NCBI GenBank assembly: GCA_973895155.1
Contig: OZ316899.1
Location: 1,139,573-1,203,572 of the forward strand
Source of the DNA: Marsupella aquatica
Lineage: Eukaryota > Plantae > Marchantiophyta
Reading direction: 5' to 3'
DNA length: 64,000 nt
Below the pieces are notes generated by a model, which was given only the letters and a program-made list of their open reading frames with translations, did not search any database and had not been told where the DNA came from. This document shows positions 1 to 11,051 of the stretch, piece after piece. Every line of letters begins with the position of its first letter. The first letter of the stretch is position 1. The position numbers and the translations under genes were made by a program.

Positions 1-5
1 AGAAC

Positions 6-1143
6 TTGAGACGAGTGTACATGGGGAAGCAGGCTTCACCCAAGAAGCAAGAGGAAGAGATGCTGCTATTGCGAAATCAGCTACGGGTGCTGAAGGTGGC
101 GATTATGGAAGAGAGTTCAGAAAATGAACTGCAGGAGTACATTGAAACGGAAGACCTATTACACGCAGCGGAACTAGAGGAGGCACATAGAGTAAGACGG
201 CTGGAAAGAATCAAGTGGCTGGGGGAGGGAGAGGAACCCTCTCGATTTTACTTTGCAACGGTAAAGGCAAAGCGGGAACGGGAGGCGATGAAGTACCTAA
301 TGTTAGAGGGAGGGACGGTGATCACAGATGCGGGGATGATAATGAGAGAAGTTGAAAAGGTGTGCATTGAACTGTATGCCCCCGCTGCTCCCACTACTCA
401 TGAGAGGGGAAATACTCTTAGGGAACGTGGCAGACTGCTAGAGCACACTTGGGCTTCTTTATCCATTGCGGAGACTGCAAGGCTGGAGGGGCTGCCAAGC
501 GCTAAGGAAATCCAAGAGGTGCTTTGGGTACTCCCAAAAGATAAAGCCCCTGGCCCGGATGGACTTTCGGTGGAGGTATACCAGGCGTGTTGGGAATTCA
601 TGAAAGAGGATCTGGTCGCCATGGTACAAGAGTTCTGGCTGACTGGGAAGCTGGCAAGTGGGATCAAGGAGGGGACGATTAAGTTCATACCCAAGAAGCC
701 TGATAAGAGAATGCTGAAGGATTGGAGACCTTTAACTATGCTGAACACCATATACAAGCTGATTGCTAAAATATTGGCACTTCGATTAATCAGGATTCTG
801 CCACAACTTATCAGCCCGTAGCAGACGGGCTTTATCCCCGGGAGAAATATTTTGGAAAACATTTCGCTGGCCTGGTTAACCTTTGACTGGCTGAAAAATA
901 GGAAGCATGAGGCACTATTTCTTAAGCTAGATTTTGAGAAGGCGTTCGATAGAGTAGATCATGATTACATATGGGAGACGATGCATCTGTTAGGCATAAG
1001 CAGCAATTTTATTAAATTGGTACAGGCACTGTTGTCAAATTCAACGTCAAGGATTTACCTAAATGGGATGGTATCCACTGAGATTGAACTTAAAAGGGGA
1101 GTCAGACAGGGCTGTCCCCTATCACCGCTCCTGTTTGTAATCT
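6..1143 (+). pseudogene. L1-like LINE ORF2 reverse transcriptase, 5' part (interrupted by CACTA insertion)
   Basis: Motifs KAPGPDG, WRPLTMLNTIYKLIAK, KLDFEKAFDRV and RGVRQGCPLSPLLF are present. One in-frame TAG at 819-821. The frame resumes at 19498. Confidence 0.95.
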
Positions 1144-1154
1144 CACTAGAAGAA
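1144..1154 (+). repeat. Left CACTA terminal inverted repeat
   Basis: CACTAGAAGAA, a perfect 11-bp match to the reverse complement of 19487-19497. Confidence 0.95.
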
Positions 1155-2918
1155 ACCCACCCATTCTGAGACCCTCCCCTATGTGACTTGTGCGAGACCT
1201 TCATAAATATGCGACTCCAAGTTTGTGGGTGTCATGTTAGTTACATCATACCAACTAAGTTTTGGTGAGGTTGTGGGAAGTCATGCTTACAACTTTATCC
1301 AATGTCGCTATTGTAACACTGGTAAGTAAGAAATAGGTAAGTTATGTTAGTTACTCCACAATAGTGCAATATGAATTGGACATCATTTTTTAAAATTCTG
1401 TCAGCATGCATACCCCATTAGCCAATTTCAGATGCCAATCCCTAATATGCAACTCCCGGTGCAACTACATATTGCACACTCATGGTTCAATAAGTCCAAA
1501 TATAATGGGTATAAATATGGGGGTTTTCATCAGAATGGTGGGTACTTTCACTTATAATGTGGATTCATACCTGACTATATTTGGCCTTGTTCTTGACCAA
1601 AGTGCACTCTCCCCACATTGAACTTTTTGCTAAGTCATTTGCATTGGTTCTTTTATGTCCAAACCAACCTGTTTGCTAAGTCACTCGATGGCTGCCCACA
1701 TGTGAGGGGTACTACTTTCCCTCAGGGTCAGTGTACCTTGGAGGTTGGTTTTGCGAGAGATTTTGGGGGTACTACTTGCCCTAAGTGTTCAGGGTCAGTG
1801 TGCCGCAGAGGTTGGTTTTGCGAGGGAAATTGGGAGTCGACGACCTTCATTCCAGCTGCACTCTTCACGAACTTCCTGCAGGGTCGTTTGAAAGTGTTTG
1901 AGCGCGACTGGACTTTAGGGTGCAAATGTGTTTAGGATTGGGCCTGCTACGAGCATCAGTGTGGAGGTCTGCCAATCAGTTTTGAGGGGAGTCCATTGTC
2001 GCTTTTCAACCTGCTGGTGAGCTAAGCTGCTATTGAGTTTCAAGTGAGAGCTGCCGACTTGGAGTTGAGCTCTACGAGGTGGTGCCTGAGTGTACATCTG
2101 CTCGACATACTTTTGGGAGCTCGTAGTTGGTAGGAGGGCCAAGTCATTGCACAAAAAGTTGCAGCCGTGACAGTGCAAACTAGCTAGGCGGAGGCTGGTT
2201 ACTGCAAGCAAGGCGGAGGATCACTGCGAGCTAGGTGGAGGAATGCTGCGCTGCTTCACATTGTCAAGAGACATGCTACATCGGCCCAAGTAAGGTTGCA
2301 TTGACCTATCTATCTCTATGTCTATAAGGTCCTAACCGATAGTCTGCTTAGTGAGGTCATGCTTTAAGCTACATTTGTGCAATTGATTGTGTCCTGAGAA
2401 GCTTAACCATCACATGGGGGAACGGTAGCGAGAAAGGAGGGGTGGAGCCTGATGGTCGCCAAATATTCAAACAGGGTCGCCTTGCTCGATATTGGTCTCA
2501 TTGTTTTTTGCTACGGTGTGAAGGCGGCGGAGCTTCTAGTCTGACCTTTGAGTGACTTGCGGTGAGCTTCTAGTGTGGCTATTGAGGTCGACTGACCTGC
2601 ATTGACCGAGCTGATCAACCTACTGAGCTGCCATTGGGAGTTGGAGGTTGTGTTGCGTTTGATTTTGGAGTCGGGAGGCTAAATGCGATAGCTCTGTTCC
2701 GGGCTCTGTTCAGCTAATGCAGACATTTCTGCTCAGGAGACGAGGTAAAATCTATCGACCTTCAAGCTGCTGTGAGGTTCATTGAAGAGGGAGGTTGAAT
2801 GCCTAGCGCTATGAGGTGAGGAAGGAGAGTATGGCCAAGCTGCATCTTTAGGGGTTTTGCTTCAGCTTCAACCATCTTTCATCGTCGTAATCGCTGCTCT
2901 CATCTATCGCTACATGGT

Positions 2919-3962
2919 GGATTGCTGCTCTGCCCTTTTGGCATGGGTCGCCGACCTGCTGGATGCTATCTCCAGTTTAAAAACAAGTCATATCCTAAGT
3001 CCCGGTGTTGCAGTAGTGTCCCCGACTCTAAGATGGAACAGAGTATCATCTTTCTTGTTTCCTGCTGTTGCTGATGTATGTCTGTTCTCCCCTATTTTTG
3101 CTTACTGATTGGTCTCTCCACACTTCTTGCTTGACTTGCTGCTTCCTTCAATCCCCTATCGCGGACTCACCTCGTGGCTGCAAGTATAGTTGTCTAGGTG
3201 ATGTATGCATTGCGTGTTTAGGGTCTAGGTGACATCGTTGCTGAGCAAAATTCGCGAGCTGCCTAGGTCCATTGTCGAATGCTGCTTCCTTCAATCGCCT
3301 GGTGCCTGCTGTTACAATCGCCTGCTCAATCATGCACCCAATCTCCTGGAGCTCATTCGCCTAGAGCTTCATCCGTCAGATTCAAACTATTATTGGACCT
3401 CCCTATTGCCCGAAGTGTATACACTCCTAGCATTGTCGTCCCAAACTGCAAAACGCTTCTCCCTGTTCTGTCCTCGTGCTTCACTATTTGTATTCAGGTG
3501 TTTTTATCAGTTTCAGAGGGGAGGTCATTGTTTTTGCAAGTTGTTGGTGAGCTAAGCTTCCGCTGTGTGTAGGTTTAGGGAGTTGCGCGTGCGAGCTAAC
3601 GACTTGGACCTGAGGCCACAATCTTTTAGGGAGCTTGGAGTGGAAGCCGACAACTTGGAGCGGGACTTCAACTTGCTATTACTAGCTACCTTGGACAAAG
3701 GTGACAGTCAGTAGCGCAAAGGTGAGACTCGGTAGTTTTAGCGGATTGCTGCTCTGCCCTTTTGCCATGGGTCGCCGGCCTGCTGGATGCTACTAGCAGA
3801 TTAAGAACAACTCATATCCTAAGTCCCGGTGTTGCAGTGGTGTCCCCGACCCTAAGATGCCACCCGAAATCATCTTTCTTGTTTCCTGCTGCTGCTGATC
3901 ATGTATGTATGTTCTCCCCTATTTTTGCTTACTGATTGGTCTCTCCACACTTCTTGCTTGAC
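2919..3962. repeat. ~220-bp internal direct repeat (2919-3135 and 3743-3962)
   Basis: Both copies run from GGATTGCTGCTCTGCCCTTT to CTCTCCACACTTCTTGCTTGAC with scattered substitutions. Confidence 0.9.
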
Positions 3963-5802
3963 ATGACTGTTTTGCTCCTCCCTGTATCAGAACATGCCTT
4001 GTGCCCCGTGCTCTGGCAATGGGGTGGGGGGGGTGAACAGACGGCCTTAAGGTCCACTAAATTTATAGGAACCGTGCAATCGTTCAGCTGATTTTAGCAG
4101 CAAGTTCCCTTGCTTTCCCCTGTTTTTGCTAAGATCCCTCCCCACTAATCACATGCATCTTTTACTTTTCTCGGTGGCCCGTGCACCTGCCTTCCTACTT
4201 TCGTTCTTATGGACTTTCCTTAGGTTTTCTTTCACCTGATTTTGGACTTTTTGCTCCGGTGGAATCTGTCTTGACAACTTGTGTTTGTTCTAATTGTTAA
4301 TATCTCAAGAGGGTCGTCAACTAAGCTCACAGGAGTCAAAGCTAACTACAAGCTAGCAAATAGGGAGAATGCTCCCAAGTCGAGTCAGGAGGAAGTTACT
4401 AAAACTAGACCTTCAGAACTCTCAAAACTGGAAAGTGAAATTCAGCCTGAGACACGCAGCTGAAGGCCACAAGGATAACTATATGGCCACGCTGTCCCTC
4501 ATTCAAGTCCAAAGTCCTCTTCAGATTGTCTGAACTCCTATCTGAACTCCTGAACTGGATGAAGTCCTGTCTGAATGTGAAGTTCAGATTGACAATCTCA
4601 AATGGCAAGTTCTGAACTCTTGTCTGAACTTCATCCACCCTTCTAAACTGGGATTTGTGCTATGTGTATAGACTCCACATTGTTGCTTCTCCCTTTCGGG
4701 CCAGCCCTCCTTGTGAAACGTAGGAGCACGATCATGGCACTTACACATAGTCTGACATTCAAAAAATGCTACTTCTCAGCAGCATGTTTCGAGTAGTTTG
4801 CCTGTGTGTTGAGCCCGGGGTTGAGCCTAATTATTTGTTTATTGCTTTAGTAACATGCATGGCCAATTGGTTTCTCTTCATGTAAAGGCAAGTTTTTGAA
4901 ACTTACTACTTGAATTGGTGGTTTGAATTTAGTTAAGTGTTGAGAAATTAGCATTCACACTAACTATTTTTCTTTTGTGATTGAGTTCTCTTTGCTATTG
5001 AATGTATTGAATAATTATTTCATCACAGAAATTTTCAGAACAAACACGGAAGCACCCGGGGGCTGAGGATTGGATATTGAGGCTGAAGACATTGAGGTAA
5101 TAAACTGGGTGTGGTTCGGGTGACAATGTTAGCAACTGGTGCTTCTTCAGGGGAACTTCCCATGTGCAATTTATCCACACATGATTGACTTTGGTTCTTG
5201 CTATTTTTCTTTTGGTGTACTCTTCAGTTTGGTGTCACTCTATCCTTTCCTATAGCCTCGAAATAGGAACACACCTGCTTAGTGGTCCCCAATTGCCCAA
5301 TGATTTATAATGACTGTGTCTAGGCGATGTATGCATTGCGTGTTCATTCCAGAAGAATGAATATGTACACTTTGCACAAACCTGGACAGATTTTGAATGT
5401 TATTTATCTGAGTTTCTGTTTGTGAGCTCTGACTTGGAGCCTTAACATTTGTGTTTCTGTGGGGTTGAGCAGAGTTTGTTCCGTCCAGAAGCTGCTGTAC
5501 TGAAGTGATCGGCCTCCGGCTTGGAGGTGAATCTTCAATTTTTTCTGGATCCGAGTGACTTCTGTCCAGCTGAGTTTTGCTTTGTCGGGACGATTGTGTT
5601 TGGCTAAGATGCTAGATTGTGGCTTGTCTTCTTGCTTCCAGCTTGTGTATATTCAATTAATAGAAGTTGGGAACGAAGTGATAATTGAATTTCCTTATAT
5701 TAAGCATCTTGACCTAGAAACTCAATACATAAACTCCTGGAGTCCCTCGGGACATAAAATGAGCCAAATTGTTTCAAAATTGGGAACCTGCACCCGCACT
5801 AC

Positions 5803-6142
5803 TCAAACAAATGTGTTGGGCTTGGTGGCCTTGTAAGTCGTCTTTAGCTTTCGCGATGGAGGTTGAATCTTGCGGTACGTCAAGGGGAACTTGATCTTTG
5901 AATCATGGAACTGCTTGGTACTTTCTCGCTTGCACAGAGAGACAGGGACTGTCGTAGTCTTGATGATCTGGATGCAAGGGAACCGAACTCTATGACAAGA
6001 AGCCATCTCATCATACATCTGCTGTGTGGTTGTTTAATGTGGTATCACGATATTTCTTGTACATGTTGGGATAACCTGTACAACTCTGATACCTCACCCA
6101 GATACCGAAGTTCTTAATTGTGGTGGGCTTCTTTTCGAAGAT
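5803..6142 (-). pseudogene. RPL18A: Captured last exon of 60S ribosomal protein L18a (eL20), frameshifted
   Basis: [37 protein letters not shown], then a shift near 6022-6031, then [72 protein letters not shown]. Preceded by a CAG splice acceptor (6145-6143) and followed by a T-rich 3'UTR-like stretch. Confidence 0.92.
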
Positions 6143-7151
6143 CTGGTAGGCACATTATTCAGCATTTGCTAACTTCGAAACTAGAAGGGTAACACATTAA
6201 ACAACAGAGAAACTCACAACATCCTCCTTTGGTCCTTCAGAGTCTGTACTTTGATTATGAAGTTTGACTGAGTTTCTGTTTACTGAAAGAATGTGACTGT
6301 GTAAGAGTTCCGTTTGGCAGTGGATTGGTTGAAGCACTTCATGCTAGTGTGTTGTCCACAGCTCTTCAACCAGCTTTCGTCTTCCTTGTCTTTCACCACT
6401 TACGATGACATCAATTCAGCTAAGACCATAGAAGGTTCCAAAGCATCTAACTTGTAAAATCACATTTTGTTACATCAAGGACTAAGGTGTTCGGTGCCAA
6501 AGGAGACAGCACAACAAACACGCTGAAAAGACTTCAGGACTGGGTTCAACAAGGTAGTGAAGGTGCTTAGAGCCATAGTAAGTATGCATTCTGTATCTTT
6601 CTTTGTTGATGTGAGCTTGTGCATAATGGGAGTTGTAGTTGGCAAGAGTTCCAAATATGAATAGATCCAGAAGTATGTGATCATGTACTTGCTCTATAAA
6701 GTTCTGAAGATATAAGCATTTTCTGTTAGACCAGGCAACTTGGGAGTTGGAAAGTGTCACCTGCATCTGAGGGGCTACACCGGGGGCATCAGTGGAGGTT
6801 CACTTGCACAACACGACAACCAGTGAATTTTCTCTCTGCTGCAACCTGCAAGGTGAGACTTTCGGTCTTTCTGGATGAAAAAACAGGATTTTAATATGAT
6901 TGATATACATGTCCGTCGAGAATATGGGTTTATCACCAAGCTCTTTGTCTTAGGAAACTCATAAACTCAGAATCAAATATGTACTATGCACGTTTCATGC
7001 TATGTGTATACTATGACCTGTAGTTGGAACCAAGACAATGAGTGGGAACTGATTAGTTTAGGTGGTTGCTGTTGGCGAGGCAAGTCGACCTCTTGCTCAC
7101 CTTGCTCATCAAAGGACGTGAACAGAGGACATCACAACGAAAGCAACACTT

Positions 7152-7601
7152 ATGGTGAGGACCCGCAACGCTGAACATGTGCGACTTGCACGCAAGGCAG
7201 AGATGTTGCACCTTGAGTATGTCAGACTTGGGATCCTTCCAGCCCAGTCTGCATGGTACTTTGAGTACCCTGTTGTTTCCAGGAACAACTACAGCCGGCC
7301 TCTACCTGCTTCAGTACCCTTCCCGACATCCTTGGTATTTGTGTCTCTTGTACATGACCCGCCACAAATTAGGTGCCAAGGGTGTGTACACAGTTGCCAA
7401 TATGACTGTCCTGCCTGTAGGGCTTCTGGCCCAGAATTGGATGACCGTTCTCTTGGATGCCGATTTTTGCACAGAGCACAATGTATCATCTGGAACCACT
7501 CGCCATCCTGCAGTGTGCCTGGTGATGTCACTTGTCCTGCCCTCCTAGACCCCACCACCGGTGACTTTGGTGTCTACACATGTTTGGATCACATGCTCTA
7601 G
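7152..7601 (+). CDS. Cys/His-rich hypothetical protein, possibly Zn-binding
   Basis: ATG-initiated 149-aa ORF with CQGCVHSCQYDCPAC and further Cys/His clusters. Family not recognised. Confidence 0.4.
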   Translation: MVRTRNAEHVRLARKAEMLHLEYVRLGILPAQSAWYFEYPVVSRNNYSRPLPASVPFPTSLVFVSLVHDPPQIRCQGCVHSCQYDCPACRASGPELDDRSLGCRFLHRAQCIIWNHSPSCSVPGDVTCPALLDPTTGDFGVYTCLDHML

Positions 7602-8218
7602 AGGACCACTTGTCACACCGCATGCACAGACCAGATACCATTGACCTATAGCTTAACACTCTGACTTCAACACAGAGGATATTTACTTAAAATTTTGATG
7701 TATGAGCAATTTTGGGTCCAGGGTTTAGGGTCAACAGTACATAACTTATATCCTATTATGCCTGCACTAAGCAAAATATCCTAATTCAAGAGGCTAGCAA
7801 ACTCGCATAAAAGTCTCTATTGAAAGACTGCTTTCATGACTGCTTTAACCTGGTGAACATTGCAACGTTCAATGAATTAATGGGCCATGTGATAACCTGT
7901 AAAATGTGATTTATGCATCACTTATTTGTCTCAGCCACTATCATAGCCTATTTAGGATGTATAAATTTCAACCCTTATGACACTGCTTCATACCAATCCT
8001 CTTCGAAGAATGCCTGTTTTACATGTCACGACTATTGTATGTGATTCAAATGCATGAAATGTTGTTGCAGATCTCCTTTGGTGAATCATAGCCACAATTA
8101 AAATTGAGGTGTTGGTGGAGCAATTGTATTAGGGGATCAGGTTTGTGTGTGGGCTCAACATACCAAAAGTATGTCTGCTCTGCATCCTTGTGTGGCCATT
8201 CCAATTCATTGCAGTAGC

Positions 8219-8362
8219 AAATGCCTTTGTACCTTAAATGCTAAATATATTTTACTTTCTGTGCAGTCTGCTAAATTGTAGAGTCTATCTAAATGCCTTT
8301 GTACCTTAAATGCTAAATATATATTACTTTCTGTGCAGTCTGCTAAACTGTAGAGTCTATCT
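8219..8362. repeat. 72-bp tandem duplication containing a splice-acceptor-like tract
   Basis: AAATGCCTTTGTACC...GTGCAGTCTGCTAAA(T/C)TGTAGAGTCTATCT occurs at 8219 and 8291. Confidence 0.9.
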
Positions 8363-8373
8363 CATGCGCAGGC

Positions 8374-9054
8374 ATGGCACGACCTAAAATTCAAGCCAAA
8401 AAGCGTGTGACAGAGGTGAGAAACACAGGTGTACTTGGGGCAGATGCTACTAACTTCTCTGCAAGTCAGATTTTCCAGAAGGCAGCTCATTGTTGTGCCA
8501 TTTGTGACGATGGTGGGGGCCTGGTCATTTGTGAGGGCCCTTGCATGAGGCATTTCCACCTCAACCCGGAGTCTGACCTTGCTGTAGAAAACAACTGTCC
8601 AGGGGTGGGCCTCCCGTCAACACACCAGGGAGACTGGATGTGCACTGATTGTTTGGAGAAGCAGGCTAAGTGTGCACAGTGTGGGAAGTTGGGGTCCTAT
8701 GAGGGCTCTGTTGATGCTGCAGCAAATGTTAGGAAATGTCCAGACCGTTTTCGTGTGAGATTTTTCTATTTTGAGTGTTTGCCTGTTCATGCCACAGCTT
8801 GCCCACTTCATAGGTGCAAGGCATGTGGTGAGCATGATCATGAGTACTGGACTGACATAGTCCACTGTGCTAGGTGTCCCACCATGTGGCACTATCATTG
8901 CCTGAAAGATTGTCAAGCAGAGGGTTATGCTTGTGATAGAGAAATCTATGATCACTCTGCACATGGTGTTGATCGATGGATATTTTATTGTCATCGCCAT
9001 GCCATTGATCCTACCTCGCGCACTCCTGTGAGAGATCACATATCTTGGCTGTGA
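8374..9054 (+). CDS. EDM2-like composite (NSD-type) PHD-finger protein without other domains
   Basis: CAICDDGGGLVICEGPCMRHFH, WMCTDC, CAQCGKLGS, CPLHRCKAC, CARCPTMWHYHCL and C-terminal YCHRHAIDPTSRTPVRDHI parallel the EDM2 PHD region as I recall it. Basic N-terminus KIQAKKRV. Confidence 0.8.
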   Translation: MARPKIQAKKRVTEVRNTGVLGADATNFSASQIFQKAAHCCAICDDGGGLVICEGPCMRHFHLNPESDLAVENNCPGVGLPSTHQGDWMCTDCLEKQAKCAQCGKLGSYEGSVDAAANVRKCPDRFRVRFFYFECLPVHATACPLHRCKACGEHDHEYWTDIVHCARCPTMWHYHCLKDCQAEGYACDREIYDHSAHGVDRWIFYCHRHAIDPTSRTPVRDHISWL

Positions 9055-9646
9055 AGCTGAACATTGTACATGCACAGTGCACCTGATGTGGATGTACTAT
9101 TTTTGGAGATTGCAGAGATTCCAATTTTGAAAAGGAGTTGGGTAGGCGAGTTTATATAGGCAGCACTTATCTTGTGCTCTGGCGTCAGTGGCTGGGTACA
9201 TGCCTATAAAAACTTATCCTTACAAGCCTTCTTGGAAGTATTTAGGCTGAGTGGTCATTTTCATAAACACTTTCATCAGACTGCTAAATTAAAACAGGAC
9301 TTCTAAGTTGTAAGCGTATAAATTATCAGGCATGCGATTAATCAAATTGCCCTATAAGTTTGTCATTGAACGTATCCTCCTTTACAACAAAATATGTATG
9401 TGCCATGACAAGTTGGTTGCACTTCATTTCACCTTTGATATGGATTTTGTAGTATATATTCAAACAATGTCCTGCATCCGTGCAGGTGCCTAGTACGTAT
9501 TGTTCACACATCCCTTGTACCTATCAAAATCGGACCTGAGCACCAGTGGGCCAGATCAACTCAAAAAGCAGGAATTTTGTTGTCCTTGTATTGTCAGGTG
9601 AACCCATTCTTCCAAAATTCACTGTCATCACGTAGGGTGTGTGTAC

Positions 9647-10519
9647 ATGGAGCCTGGGAAACGTAGAAAGTGTGACCACCCAGCAGTGTTTACAGGGGTC
9701 AGAGCCATTTTGGTCCATGGCCAGCATGGGTTGACCAAAGTGCATTGGCCAACTGTACAGAAATGATTCTCTGAGCTCCATGGCACTGTAGTTCAGGACA
9801 TCACTCCAGAGACTACACATGTTGTTGCAGGGACATGGCTATCAGTGATAAAGAAGTGGTCATGGTCCTACATGAATTCTGCAATTACTAAGCAAGGCCT
9901 AAAAGTAGTTGAGGCCTCTTGGATCACAGATTCCATAGCACATCAGATTGTACAGGATACTGAGCAATATGAGCTGTGGGAGGATGAAGAAGCTACTGCA
10001 TCAGCTTGGGCTGAACAAGAAGTCTGGGAAGCAAAGGCACGGCTTGCTGATGTCCAATATGGACCTGTACTCAACAAAGGACAGAGCTCTAGAAGGCTGA
10101 AGAGTATGTTGGCTGAGGAGACGAAGCAACCAACCCCCATTCTGAAAGGGCTGAGCATGGTATTTGTGGAGGCGGGAATTGGAGAGGTTAAGTGCAAAGT
10201 GTACAAGTCCACGGTGCTTGACCTAGGTGGGACAATGGAGGAGAATATAACAGAGGACACCACTCATGTCATTACTAAGTCATATCCCAAAGCCTGCCGC
10301 AAGTTTGGGAAGGGAGACATTCGCTTTTATGTCATGTCCCATAATGTGTTTGTGGTTTCATATGCTTGGCTTGTGGAATCAGTAGCAGCTGGGAAGTGTC
10401 AAAACCCAATGGACTATGATCTTTTTGAGGCCTGGCCACGGAAGGGTCAGGATCCTTACAGAGAGGACTATGAGACAACAAGTGAGGAATGGGTCATTAG
10501 CGATTCTGAATCAGAGTGA
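9647..10519 (+). pseudogene. Tandem BRCT-domain protein (DNA polymerase lambda-type BRCT), one internal TGA
   Basis: ATG at 9647 (MEPGKRRK). BRCT1 VFTGVRAILV...THVVAG...SWITDSI is interrupted by TGA 9764-9766. BRCT2 is ILKGLSMVFVEAGI...LGGTMEE...THVI...KFGK...SYAWLVESVAAGKCQNPMDYDL. Confidence 0.8.
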
Positions 10520-11051
10520 GGAGTAGTAGCATCAGTTTGGACACAAGTTTTTTTGTATAAATCAGATCATTGAAATAAATGTGATCTTTGAACTAATGTA
10601 CCTTGTTATGGTTGGTGGCAGTTGGGCTTATTTTACTGTTGGCGGATTGTTGTTTCCTGCTGCCTGGGGGTGTCACTGTAAACGTACTGGGTGGGCTCAA
10701 ATCTCAGCGGTGAGATATCTGATACCGCTCTCACACCTATGCCTATGACTATACATGATTGGACTCTGATATGGTTATGGGTGTACATGCAGAGGCGGTA
10801 CATTTGAGGACAGCTGTGGAGGTGGTGACACCCTCAAACATTGAGGAATTTTGTGTCATTCACTTGACAATAGGTACACTACTCGCAAACCTGTTTTTTT
10901 CTTTTGGGGTGGTTTAGGGTTTGTGAGAATTTATTACACGTTATGTTAACTCTTTTGGCACATACAGTCAGGGATATATGGAACACAAATACCACCATTA
11001 GGCATCCCTGTTCACTGCTGTCCATGACTGCAGAGCTTCCAGCCTGTTACA

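Noticed and set aside
398-862. Antisense ORFs in the track, here and at 8617-9075, 11430-11854, 24832-25359, 37078-37773, 47728-48285 and 60832-61269
   Set aside because: These are shadows of well-supported ORFs on the opposite strand, with no motifs of their own.
6490-6720. Possible adaptin/COP-beta-like captured exon (FNKVVKVLRAI...IQKYVIMYLL)
   Set aside because: Similarity is too weak and stop-ridden to support by eye.
8374-10519. Resident host EDM2 or DNA polymerase lambda gene
   Set aside because: Both ORFs lie between CACTA TIRs with a TSD, lack introns, and lack the methyltransferase-like and polymerase domains.
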